This document shows, piece by piece, positions 38,949 through 46,765 of a stretch of DNA of 61,365 bases. The translations under genes were made by a program, and so were the position numbers. This DNA is from Acidimicrobiia bacterium (GTDB lineage Bacteria; Actinomycetota; Acidimicrobiia; Spongiisociales; JAHEDJ01), in assembly GCA_029210695.1 (NCBI GenBank), contig JARGFH010000020.1, positions 1-61,365 on the forward strand. The letters run 5' to 3'. The notes under the pieces are model-generated. The model searched no databases. It saw only the letters and a program-made list of their open reading frames with translations, and was not told where the DNA came from. Positions within the stretch are counted from its first letter, which is position 1, and each line of letters starts with the position of its first letter.

Positions 38949-40148
38949 CTAGCGCAGCTGGAACCGGGCGACCGTTTCAACGTGGAATGTCTGCGGGAAC
39001 ATGTCGACCGGAACCGCGTAGTCGAGGTCGTAGCCAACCTCCCCGAGCAGCCGGGCATCACGGGCCAGGCTGGCGGGATCACAGGCAACGTATGCGATGG
39101 TGCGCGGGGTCGACCTGGTGATGGAGGCAACGCCGTCGGCCCCCAGACCCGATCTGGGTGGATCACAGACGACCACCGTCCACTCACCCCGGTTGATTCC
39201 TCCATCAACCGTCGAAGCCACGACCTCCACCTCGATGCCGGCCGTTCCGCGGTTGTGAACGAGATCGTCGACGGCCATTCCTGCCGACTCGACCGCCAGC
39301 ACGCGTCCTGCGCTCCGCCCCACCGTCAGGCTGAAAAGGCCGCCGCCGGCATACGCATCGAGGAGTGTGTCAGCAGGCGCAACGTCGAGGGCAGCACCAA
39401 CCAGGTCGACCAGGACTTCCGCCCCGGCAGTGTTGTTCTGGAAAAAGGCGGAAGCCGTGACCCGGAACGTCGTATCACCAATCGTCTCTCTGAGAAAGGG
39501 AGCGCCGCCAATCGGTTCGGGGCGACCCCGCCTGACCCTGCACACCGGGAACGACCACTGGTGTGCAGCCTCAGGGACGGGACCCGACACCACTGCCAAC
39601 CGATCACCCGTGTTGATCCCGGCCCGAAGAGTGACCCGATGCATCGGACTGAGGTCGCCCATTTCATCGAGCATGGCGCGGAGTGGTTCGGCCAGCAGCG
39701 GGCACCCGTCCAGCATCTCGAGTTCGCGGCTGCGCCGACGGTGCAGAGCGGGTCGACCTTGCTGAACGCGGAAGTCCATTCGATTTCGATAGGCGAATGC
39801 CGGACCGGGAGTCACCGTCTGGCGAACGTCGGGATCGTCGATCTTCCCGAGGTGGCGCAGCTGACCGATGACAACATCGCGTTTCCACACCGCCTGGATC
39901 TCACGGGCGGCATACTGCCACTGACACCCACCGCAGCGACCGAAGTGCCGGCAGGCCGGGACTATTCGATCTCCGGAAGGCTCCACGATCGATACAAGTG
40001 CGGCTCGCGACCAGGAGTTGCGCTCTTCGAGGATTTCGACGTCGACGACTTCCCCTGGAAAAGCACCGTCCACAAATACAGCCTTTCCGTCGAGGCGGCC
40101 GACGGCCTCCCCTCCGTGCGCGATGTCGTGAATGCGGATGGTGGTCAG
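38949..40148 (-). CDS. TRAM-domain RNA (uracil-5)-methyltransferase, RlmD/RumA family
   Basis: IAHGGEAVG, CRHFGRCGGCQWQ, YRNR, FFQNN, DAYAGGG, DPPRSG, YVACDP, DMFPQTFHVE; probable CTG start overlapping the upstream TGA. Confidence 0.9.
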   Translation of the reverse strand: MTTIRIHDIAHGGEAVGRLDGKAVFVDGAFPGEVVDVEILEERNSWSRAALVSIVEPSGDRIVPACRHFGRCGGCQWQYAAREIQAVWKRDVVIGQLRHLGKIDDPDVRQTVTPGPAFAYRNRMDFRVQQGRPALHRRRSRELEMLDGCPLLAEPLRAMLDEMGDLSPMHRVTLRAGINTGDRLAVVSGPVPEAAHQWSFPVCRVRRGRPEPIGGAPFLRETIGDTTFRVTASAFFQNNTAGAEVLVDLVGAALDVAPADTLLDAYAGGGLFSLTVGRSAGRVLAVESAGMAVDDLVHNRGTAGIEVEVVASTVDGGINRGEWTVVVCDPPRSGLGADGVASITRSTPRTIAYVACDPASLARDARLLGEVGYDLDYAVPVDMFPQTFHVETVARFQLR

Positions 40149-40597
40149 GGCAACACCTCGTCGAGAATCTCCACCAGCGAACCCTGCAGCCACGACAAAT
40201 AGTCGAAGAGCGCCTGGTCCGATTCCTGCTCGACACCGCCGGGTAGCTCTGCTCGCGCTGCTTGCACGAGACGCGCTTCGGTCAAAACCCGCAACCACGC
40301 CTCCGCCTCCGCGGTGGAAAGCACAACGCCTTCGACGCCTCCTTCCACAGTCAGTGCGAAGGCGGATCGATCGGCCGCCCGACCGTGCTGCAGTTCGCTC
40401 GCCAGAAGCCGGCAGAACTCGGCGTCGGCTTCGTCATCCAATGGATACGCCCGCAAAGACAGGCGGGCGGCTGCCGGATCCGGGTCGAACTTGCCGACGG
40501 AATCGAGCAAGGCCGGGACGAGTGACAGCAACTCGACTTCCCAGGGGGCCAGCGTCATCCGGACCCCACCCGCACACGGCGCAAAGGGTTCACTCAT
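40145..40597 (-). CDS. DUF2017 family protein
   Basis: DPAAARL..RAYP...AEAWLRVLTEARL...YLSWLQGSLVE; follows clpS as in Actinobacteria. Confidence 0.8.
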   Translation of the reverse strand: MSEPFAPCAGGVRMTLAPWEVELLSLVPALLDSVGKFDPDPAAARLSLRAYPLDDEADAEFCRLLASELQHGRAADRSAFALTVEGGVEGVVLSTAEAEAWLRVLTEARLVQAARAELPGGVEQESDQALFDYLSWLQGSLVEILDEVLP

Positions 40598-40824
40598 GCC
40601 CGCTCCAGCGTTGCGTCGAGGCCATGGAACCGCAGCCGGAAGCAGGTCAGTTCAACGTGCTCGCGTGCACCGGCGGCCACGGTGGCCCTCCCGCGCCGGT
40701 GGATGTCGAGCATCAGCGAAGTGGCATCGCTCCTGGTCAGATTGAGAAGGCGCCTGAACACATAGGCAACGTAGGCGGTCAGATTGACCTCGTCGTTCCA
40801 CACGATCACATTCCACGTTTCCAT
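40594..40824 (-). CDS. clpS: ATP-dependent Clp protease adaptor ClpS (short form)
   Basis: WNVIVWNDEVNLTAYV...LMLDIHRRGRATV...GLDATLE. Confidence 0.85.
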   Translation of the reverse strand: METWNVIVWNDEVNLTAYVAYVFRRLLNLTRSDATSLMLDIHRRGRATVAAGAREHVELTCFRLRFHGLDATLERA

Positions 40825-40866
40825 ACCGCGACGCTAGTGGAGAAGTCGCGGGTCGCGGGTCGCCGG

Positions 40867-41157
40867 TTACGCCGGCGAGATCGGGTCCCACCGGAACTCG
40901 TCCACCGGCGACACAGCCGCAGGCGTCTCGCCACCGCTCGCACTCGTGACTCGCGACTCACGACCGGCGACCCTCGACTCATTGATCCAATTCTCGAAGT
41001 CGACGCGCGCCACCCGCCATTCCCTCCCGAACTTGACGGCAGGAAGACGGCCGGAACGCAGCACACTGGTCACGACGAAGGTCGACACGTCCATGTAGTC
41101 ACAGATATCGGCGACCGACAGCCACTCTTTGGCAATAGCAACCTCAATGCGATCCAT
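40867..41157 (-). CDS. Excisionase-like HTH (HTH_17) DNA-binding protein
   Basis: WLSVADICDYMDVS....LRSGRLPAVKFGREWRVARVDFENWI. Confidence 0.8.
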   Translation of the reverse strand: MDRIEVAIAKEWLSVADICDYMDVSTFVVTSVLRSGRLPAVKFGREWRVARVDFENWINESRVAGRESRVTSASGGETPAAVSPVDEFRWDPISPA

Positions 41158-41289
41158 GGCGCCAAGCGTATTCCCGCAGGCGACTCCCCGGCAAGCAGCG
41201 TCGACTTCGCGAAAACTCACCTTCACTCATCGCCTCACATGCACTGTTGAATATCGTATTCTATCGCTACTAGACCAAGGATACGCAAC

Positions 41290-41598
41290 ATGGATCCGTT
41301 GAGACATCCCGACCTCATCGAAGTATCTCGGCACCTTCGCCGGCAATGGGAACGAGTTGTCGAGGCCGAACAGGCGGCCGCCCGGGCAACGTGGTTACGC
41401 CGACGTTCGCTGAGAGACCGCCTGATCGACGCTGAAGACCGTCGAGAACACACAACCCTTTGGTGCCTTGACGGCCGCTCCCCCGCCGGCCTCGTGCATG
41501 CCGTTGGTTCTGATCATGTCGTGCTACTCACAGGTGATCGGAGCCGTTTCGTCCTCCTGCACCAGATCGTCGCGGCGGGATTCGAAGACGCCGAATGA
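41290..41598 (+). CDS. Hypothetical protein
   Basis: aagga RBS; 102 aa ending in the first repeat unit. Confidence 0.7.
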   Translation: MDPLRHPDLIEVSRHLRRQWERVVEAEQAAARATWLRRRSLRDRLIDAEDRREHTTLWCLDGRSPAGLVHAVGSDHVVLLTGDRSRFVLLHQIVAAGFEDAE

Positions 41599-41740
41599 AA
41601 TCCGAAGACGCCGAATGAAATCCGAAGACGCCGAATGAAATCCGAAGACGCCGAATGAAATCCGAGAACGCCGAATGAAATCCGAGAACGCCGAATGAAA
41701 TCCGAAGACGCCGAATGAAATCCGAGAACGCCGAATGAAC
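41581..41740 (+). repeat. 8 x 20-bp tandem repeat tccga(ag/ga)acgccgaatgaaa encoding seven ATGA-coupled heptapeptide ORFs
   Basis: Units start every 20 bp from 41581; variant order D,D,D,D,N,N,D,N; ATG at 41595+20n. Confidence 0.97.
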
Positions 41741-42769
41741 CGCCCACGTATGGCCACGGTCCTCTCGGCGCGGGAATGGGAGCCGAGGCTGGTCGATGCA
41801 GCCAGACGCGACCCGATCGTGCGGATCGTGCGCAGGGCATATGAACCACAAGACCTGGAGCGGGCCGCACCCCTCGACATCGTGGTGGTTGGATCCGAAA
41901 CCTCGTGGATAACGTCCAATCGCATCCGTTCGATACGTCGGAGCGGAACGCACGTCATCGGCATCTATCCAACCGGCGACGGACCGGGACACGAACTCCT
42001 TCGTCGTGGCGGCGTCGACGTCGCATTGCCGGACACAACCACCCCGGAGGACCTGCTGGCTACGGCTTCATCAGTGGCGGCTCAGACCCTGGCAGCCGTC
42101 AGCAGGGGTCGGCTCATCTCGGTCACCGGCCCAAGAGGGGCTCCCGGTCGAACGGAAATCGCCGTCTCCGTCGCGCACGCCATCGCCGAACGCACCTCGA
42201 CCGCCATCGTCGACCTCGACACCGAAGCCCCAGGAATCACCTTCCGGCTGGGGTTGGAACCGGGCTCAAGCCTCATCGACACGGTCGACACCATCCGCAC
42301 GACGGATCGACTCGTGGCACGCACCGCCGGCCGGAACCTGACGGCGATCGGTGGACCCGTCCCACTCCGGACCGACCTCTCAGTCAAACCCGGAATCGCC
42401 GAACTCCTCGACGCCGTCCTGGCCGCATTCCCGGTCACCGTTGCAGATATCGGGCCGTGGAGGCCGGATCACACGATCCTGGCCACCAGCGACGCGGCCA
42501 TCGTCGTATGCAACGCCTCCCCCATGAGTCTCATCAGAGCCGCTCACTTCGTCCGCGACTGGGAGGGGCCGATTCCATACGTTGTCATCAACCGAGTCGC
42601 ACCCGGGCAGGACGAGGACATCCTCCGCTCTGCGCGAAGAGCCCTGGGATTGGAGCCGCACACCCTCATTCCTGAGCTCGCCAATATCGATGGTCGAGAC
42701 GGGCCGGTACTCCGGCATTCCCTTGATTCCCTCGCAATCGACCTCCTCGCCGGCCCGCTCGATCTATGA
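41735..42769 (+). CDS. CpaE/TadZ/Ssd-like protein (receiver-like domain plus deviant MinD/ParA P-loop)
   Basis: LISVTGPRGAPGRT, IVDLD, VADIG, VVINRV. Confidence 0.7.
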   Translation: MNRPRMATVLSAREWEPRLVDAARRDPIVRIVRRAYEPQDLERAAPLDIVVVGSETSWITSNRIRSIRRSGTHVIGIYPTGDGPGHELLRRGGVDVALPDTTTPEDLLATASSVAAQTLAAVSRGRLISVTGPRGAPGRTEIAVSVAHAIAERTSTAIVDLDTEAPGITFRLGLEPGSSLIDTVDTIRTTDRLVARTAGRNLTAIGGPVPLRTDLSVKPGIAELLDAVLAAFPVTVADIGPWRPDHTILATSDAAIVVCNASPMSLIRAAHFVRDWEGPIPYVVINRVAPGQDEDILRSARRALGLEPHTLIPELANIDGRDGPVLRHSLDSLAIDLLAGPLDL

Positions 42770-42776
42770 TCGGCGA

Positions 42777-42812
42777 CGGTCCGGAGTCCCAACTTCAAGG
42801 GCCGTTGGACCC
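42777..42812. promoter_or_regulatory. Tandem DosR/DevR-like operator boxes
   Basis: CGGTCCGGAGTCCC (42777-90) and GGGCCGTTGGACCC (42799-812), 22 bp apart; TACGGT -10 at 42836. Confidence 0.55.
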
Positions 42813-42891
42813 TGTACCGCCGTGACCTGTGGCAATACGGTGAGGGGCGGAGAGGAACAACTCAACTACATCGGGAGCCGCTGTGGCAGGA

Positions 42892-43365
42892 ATGAGCCGT
42901 CGGACGTTTTTGAGTCGCGCCACCGCCTCGATCGTCGGTGGGATCGGCGCCCTGATGGGAATACCGACCGTCGCCTACCTCATTTCTCCCGCCAAAGCTC
43001 GCGGTGGTCTCGGCGTCGAGGCAATCCCACTCGGACCGATCAGCAAAGTCCCCATCGGGGAACCCACCCTCTTCAAAGCAACCATTGAGCGCAAGACCGG
43101 GTGGGTCACACAAGCCGAGGAGCTGGCCTTCTACGTCTCCACCGACGACGGCCGCAACTTCACGGCCATGTCCAACGTCTGTACACACCTGGGATGCCGG
43201 GTGCGTTGGGTCGACGACGAGGAGGAGTTCTTCTGTCCGTGCCACAACGCCGTCTTCTCGAAGACGGGCACCGTTGTGTCAGGTCCACCTCCCAGGGCTC
43301 TCGACCAATACGAGCTTTCCGTTGAGGACGGCCAGCTCTTCGTTGTGGGAAAGATCGAAGCATGA
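42892..43365 (+). CDS. qcrA: Rieske iron-sulfur subunit of quinol:cytochrome c reductase (complex 1)
   Basis: Tat signal SRRTFL, CTHLGC...CPCHNAVF, GPPPRAL. Confidence 0.92.
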   Translation: MSRRTFLSRATASIVGGIGALMGIPTVAYLISPAKARGGLGVEAIPLGPISKVPIGEPTLFKATIERKTGWVTQAEELAFYVSTDDGRNFTAMSNVCTHLGCRVRWVDDEEEFFCPCHNAVFSKTGTVVSGPPPRALDQYELSVEDGQLFVVGKIEA

Positions 43366-44054
43366 TCGAGAAGGTCAGCGCCTGGTTCGAGGAGCGGATG
43401 GGATGGAAGCCGATATGGAAGGCGCTGGCCCTCCGCAATATCCCCAAGGTCAACTGGTTGTACACGCTGGGTAGCGCCACGCTCCTGGTCACGGTGAACC
43501 AGATTCTGACCGGCATCCTTCTCACCATCTACTACGTGCCGAGTCCGCAGGATGCCTACAACAGCGTTGCCTTCATAACGAACGAAATCACGGCCGGCTG
43601 GCTCATCAGAGGTCTGCATCACTGGGGGGCCAGCGCCATGGTCGTCCTGGCCGGACTCCACATGCTGCGTGTAGTTTTCCACGGCGCCTACAAGTTCCCC
43701 CGCGAGATCACCTGGTTCACGGGACTCGGCCTCCTCGCCGTCACGATGGCCTTCGGTTTCACCGGGTACCTGCTGCCGTGGGATCAGAAGGCCTACTGGG
43801 CCACGACCGTTGGTACCCGAATGCTGGAGGTCACACCCGTCATCGGCGACTGGCTCCTCCGGATCGCCCGCGGCGGTGAAGAACTGTCGGCGGTGACCCT
43901 GACCCGGTTCTACGGGACTCATGTATGGGTGCTCCCCTCGGTGCTCTTGATACTCCTGGGGATCCATATGTTCCTCGTCGTCCGGATCGGTATCAGCGCA
44001 CCTCCCACTGCTGAAGAGGCGGCTGAAGAGCCCGATGTGGAGGTCGAGGCATGA
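43362..44054 (+). CDS. qcrB: Cytochrome b6-type (split, N-terminal) subunit, complex 1
   Basis: GWLIRGLHHWGAS...LHMLRV, GYLLPWDQKAYWA, FYGTH-x14-H. Confidence 0.92.
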   Translation: MIEKVSAWFEERMGWKPIWKALALRNIPKVNWLYTLGSATLLVTVNQILTGILLTIYYVPSPQDAYNSVAFITNEITAGWLIRGLHHWGASAMVVLAGLHMLRVVFHGAYKFPREITWFTGLGLLAVTMAFGFTGYLLPWDQKAYWATTVGTRMLEVTPVIGDWLLRIARGGEELSAVTLTRFYGTHVWVLPSVLLILLGIHMFLVVRIGISAPPTAEEAAEEPDVEVEA

Positions 44055-46438
44055 AACCGGAGGATCGCGCCGAGTACCTAGAGGAGTACGCCAAGGACAA
44101 GAAGAAAGGGATTCCGTTCTTTCCGGATGCGGTGTTCAAGGACGTCCTGGTTGCCCTCATCGTCCTCATCGTCCTAATCGGTCTCGCCTACTTCGGTGGC
44201 GCGCCCCTGGACGAACGCGCCGACCCATCGGATTCCGAATACACCCCTCGACCCGAGTGGTACTTCCTCTGGCTCTTCCAACTGCTCAAGTATTTCCCCG
44301 GCAACCTCGAGTTCGTCGGCGTCATCCTCCTGCCCGCCCTCGGATTCGCCGTTCTCTTCGCCATGCCGTACCTGGACAGGACCAAGCTCCGACACTTCCG
44401 TAGCCGCAACTGGGTGATGGCATCAACCGGCGTCGCCGTGGTAGCCATGGGGTTTCTCACCGTCCAGTCCATCCGGGAAACCCCGGCACCGGCCGACGTG
44501 ACCGGCGCCATCAACGCCGCCGCTCTCTTCACCGAGAATTGCTCCGTGTGCCACGGCACTTCCATCGATGTCCCGATCGGGATCAATCTGCATGAGACGA
44601 TTGCAGGTGGCCACGAGGGAATGCCCGCCTTCGCGGCCACCCTGTCCACCGACGAAATCGACGCCCTGGCAGGTTTCCTGGTGTCGCCTCAGGGCGGGGC
44701 GATCTTCACCGCCAACTGTGCCGCGTGCCATGATTCGAGTGACCTCGCCGCCGCCAGCCCATTCGAACTCCAGAACGCCCTGAACCTGGGCACGGGCTAT
44801 GCGCCCCACACCGGCCTCGACATCCCCGAATGGTCCGAGTTCCTCTTTGGTCCGGACCGCACCGCGCTCCTCAACTTCCTACTCGCTCCGGACGGGCAGC
44901 GCCTCTATACGCTCTATTGCTCGGAGTGCCACGGAAACTCGATCAGTTGGGACGGCGGGCGAGACGAACTCGAGGCCATCATCCGCCAGGGCGGCAACCA
45001 CCTCGACATGACCCAATGGCGGGACGTCCTGCCGGAAGACCAGATCACCGAACTGGCCCTGTTTGTCTACGAACCATCTGCAGCTCCCCAAGGCGAGCAA
45101 CTGTTTGCACAGCACTGCTCGAGCTGTCACGGTGTTCGCGTGCCGAGCGCTCCCGACATCGAGACCGCCTACAACATCATCGCCGACGGCGCAGAACACC
45201 GCTCGATGCCCCTGTGGGGAGATGTCCTCACAGAGGAACAACTCACCGCACTCACCACCTACACCCTCGAAGCCAGTCGCGGCACCCCGATCCTCATCGG
45301 TCAGCAACTGTTCGGCCGATTGTGTTCGTCCTGCCACGGCGATTTCGGGGAAGGCGGGCCGAACCCCTCGGATCCGGTCAATATCATCGCCCCGATCAGC
45401 ACAGCGTTGTATCTGGAGACTCGCGACGATCTCACGCTGCGGGCGATCATCTCGAGGGGACAACCCGATCAGGGCATGTCGCCGTTCCTCGAGAGCGAGG
45501 GCGGACCGCTCACCGAGGACGAGGTCGAAGCCCTGGTGGCCTTCCTCCGTTCGTGGCAGGCAGACCCACCGGTAGAGTTCCCGCCGGATCTCGTCCGCGG
45601 GCCGGTCGCAGGAGGGAGTACACAGGTGTACACCGCTTTCTGCGCTCAATGCCACGGCATGGACGGTGCGGGCGGACCGGGCTTGGTCGGACCCTCATTG
45701 GTCTCGGCAGACTTCCAGGATTCCTTCACGGATGAGCAACTCCACGAGGCCATCGACCTCGGCCATGCTGCCACTTCTATGATCGCCTGGGGCGAGGTCC
45801 TCACCGCCGATCAGATCCAGGGACTCGTCGACCACATCCGCTCGCTGGGCGGACGCGGAGCGATTGAGACGATCGTCTACGCACGCGACATTGCACCGAT
45901 ATTCCAGGCATCGTGCGCCGGTTGTCACGGAACGTCCGGAGGGTGGGATGCCGCCACCATGGAGTCGGTCATCGAGAGCGGGGACAGCGGTGCGGCCGTC
46001 GTGCCCGGCGATCCCGACGGGAGTATCCTGATGCAGCGCCTCCTCGGCGAGGGTAACTTGATGCCACCCGGCGGAGCGCTGCCGGATGCCCAGATCACAT
46101 TGATCGAACAGTGGATCGCCGGAGGAGCAACCACCGAGGTGACGGTCGGCGACGAACAGGCAACCGGCGACTACACCTGGACGAAGGATGTGCTCCCGAT
46201 TCTGCAGGCCAGTTGTGCTTCGTGCCACGGGTCAGCCGGCGGGTGGGACGCATCCACCTACAGCTCAACGATCAACAGCGGAAGAAGCGGCCCGGCCGTG
46301 GTACCGGGCGATGCCGATAAGAGCACGATGATCCAGCGACTGCTTCGCAATGGCGCCCTCATGCCGCCGGGGACTCCCCTGCCCGAAGAACAGATCGCCA
46401 TCCTGATCTACTGGGTAAACAGTGGAGCCAAGGAGTAG
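44051..46438 (+). CDS. Cytochrome b subunit IV (PEWY) fused to eight c-type cytochrome domains
   Basis: PFFPD...PRPEWYF, 3 TMs, then CSVCH, CAACH, CSECH, CSSCH, CSSCH, CAQCH, CAGCH, CASCH; the last two are Planctomycete-cytochrome-like (VVPGD...MPP...WI). Confidence 0.9.
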   Translation: MKPEDRAEYLEEYAKDKKKGIPFFPDAVFKDVLVALIVLIVLIGLAYFGGAPLDERADPSDSEYTPRPEWYFLWLFQLLKYFPGNLEFVGVILLPALGFAVLFAMPYLDRTKLRHFRSRNWVMASTGVAVVAMGFLTVQSIRETPAPADVTGAINAAALFTENCSVCHGTSIDVPIGINLHETIAGGHEGMPAFAATLSTDEIDALAGFLVSPQGGAIFTANCAACHDSSDLAAASPFELQNALNLGTGYAPHTGLDIPEWSEFLFGPDRTALLNFLLAPDGQRLYTLYCSECHGNSISWDGGRDELEAIIRQGGNHLDMTQWRDVLPEDQITELALFVYEPSAAPQGEQLFAQHCSSCHGVRVPSAPDIETAYNIIADGAEHRSMPLWGDVLTEEQLTALTTYTLEASRGTPILIGQQLFGRLCSSCHGDFGEGGPNPSDPVNIIAPISTALYLETRDDLTLRAIISRGQPDQGMSPFLESEGGPLTEDEVEALVAFLRSWQADPPVEFPPDLVRGPVAGGSTQVYTAFCAQCHGMDGAGGPGLVGPSLVSADFQDSFTDEQLHEAIDLGHAATSMIAWGEVLTADQIQGLVDHIRSLGGRGAIETIVYARDIAPIFQASCAGCHGTSGGWDAATMESVIESGDSGAAVVPGDPDGSILMQRLLGEGNLMPPGGALPDAQITLIEQWIAGGATTEVTVGDEQATGDYTWTKDVLPILQASCASCHGSAGGWDASTYSSTINSGRSGPAVVPGDADKSTMIQRLLRNGALMPPGTPLPEEQIAILIYWVNSGAKE

Positions 46439-46442
46439 AAGA

Positions 46443-46580
46443 GGTTCTGGAAAAAAAGAGGTTCTGGGTTCTAGGTTTTAGGTTCTGGTTCTCGAGGGCT
46501 GGGCATTGGGTATCTCACGCTGCTGAGGTTGGGGAGCCAATTGCCAATTGCCAGTTGTCCAATTGCCGATCGCCAGCCAC
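46443..46580. repeat. Degenerate heptamer tandem tracts
   Basis: ggttctg ggttcta ggtttta ggttct; gccaatt gccaatt gccagtt gtccaatt gccgatc. Confidence 0.6.
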
Positions 46581-46628
46581 ACGGAGCACAGGAACTGGCG
46601 ATACCTCGATGGCCCGTCTTCGGGAATC

Positions 46629-46681
46629 TGACACTTTGACCCAAAGTACGAGCCGTTCGGCCCGGGGCGAATAAACGTCCC
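46629..46681. promoter_or_regulatory. Cluster of DosR/DevR-like boxes
   Basis: TGACACTTTGACCC (46629), GAGCCGTTCGGCCC (46650; 21 bp spacing), CGAATAAACGTCCC (46668). Confidence 0.5.
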
Positions 46682-46765
46682 GTCGGGTCGGTTTGCTACT
46701 CTCCTTCGCACCCCGGCCGCGTGCGGGGACTGGCGCAGTAGGGTGTCGACGACGGAGCATCTGGT

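Noticed and set aside
40867..41157. Prophage/ICE signalled by the excisionase-like gene
   Set aside because: No integrase, att/tRNA site or phage genes nearby; such HTH genes are common stand-alone regulators
41581..41740. 20-bp repeat array as CRISPR
   Set aside because: Units are head-to-tail with no unique spacers and no cas genes in the window
41514..41992. Three minus-strand ORFs with repetitive peptides
   Set aside because: They arise because the repeat has no stop codons on the minus strand, and they overlap two better-supported plus-strand genes
44051..46438. HAO/octaheme nitrite or tetrathionate reductase
   Set aside because: Hemes are widely spaced in separate class-I-like domains mostly with distal Met; no CxxCK and no HAO-type heme clustering
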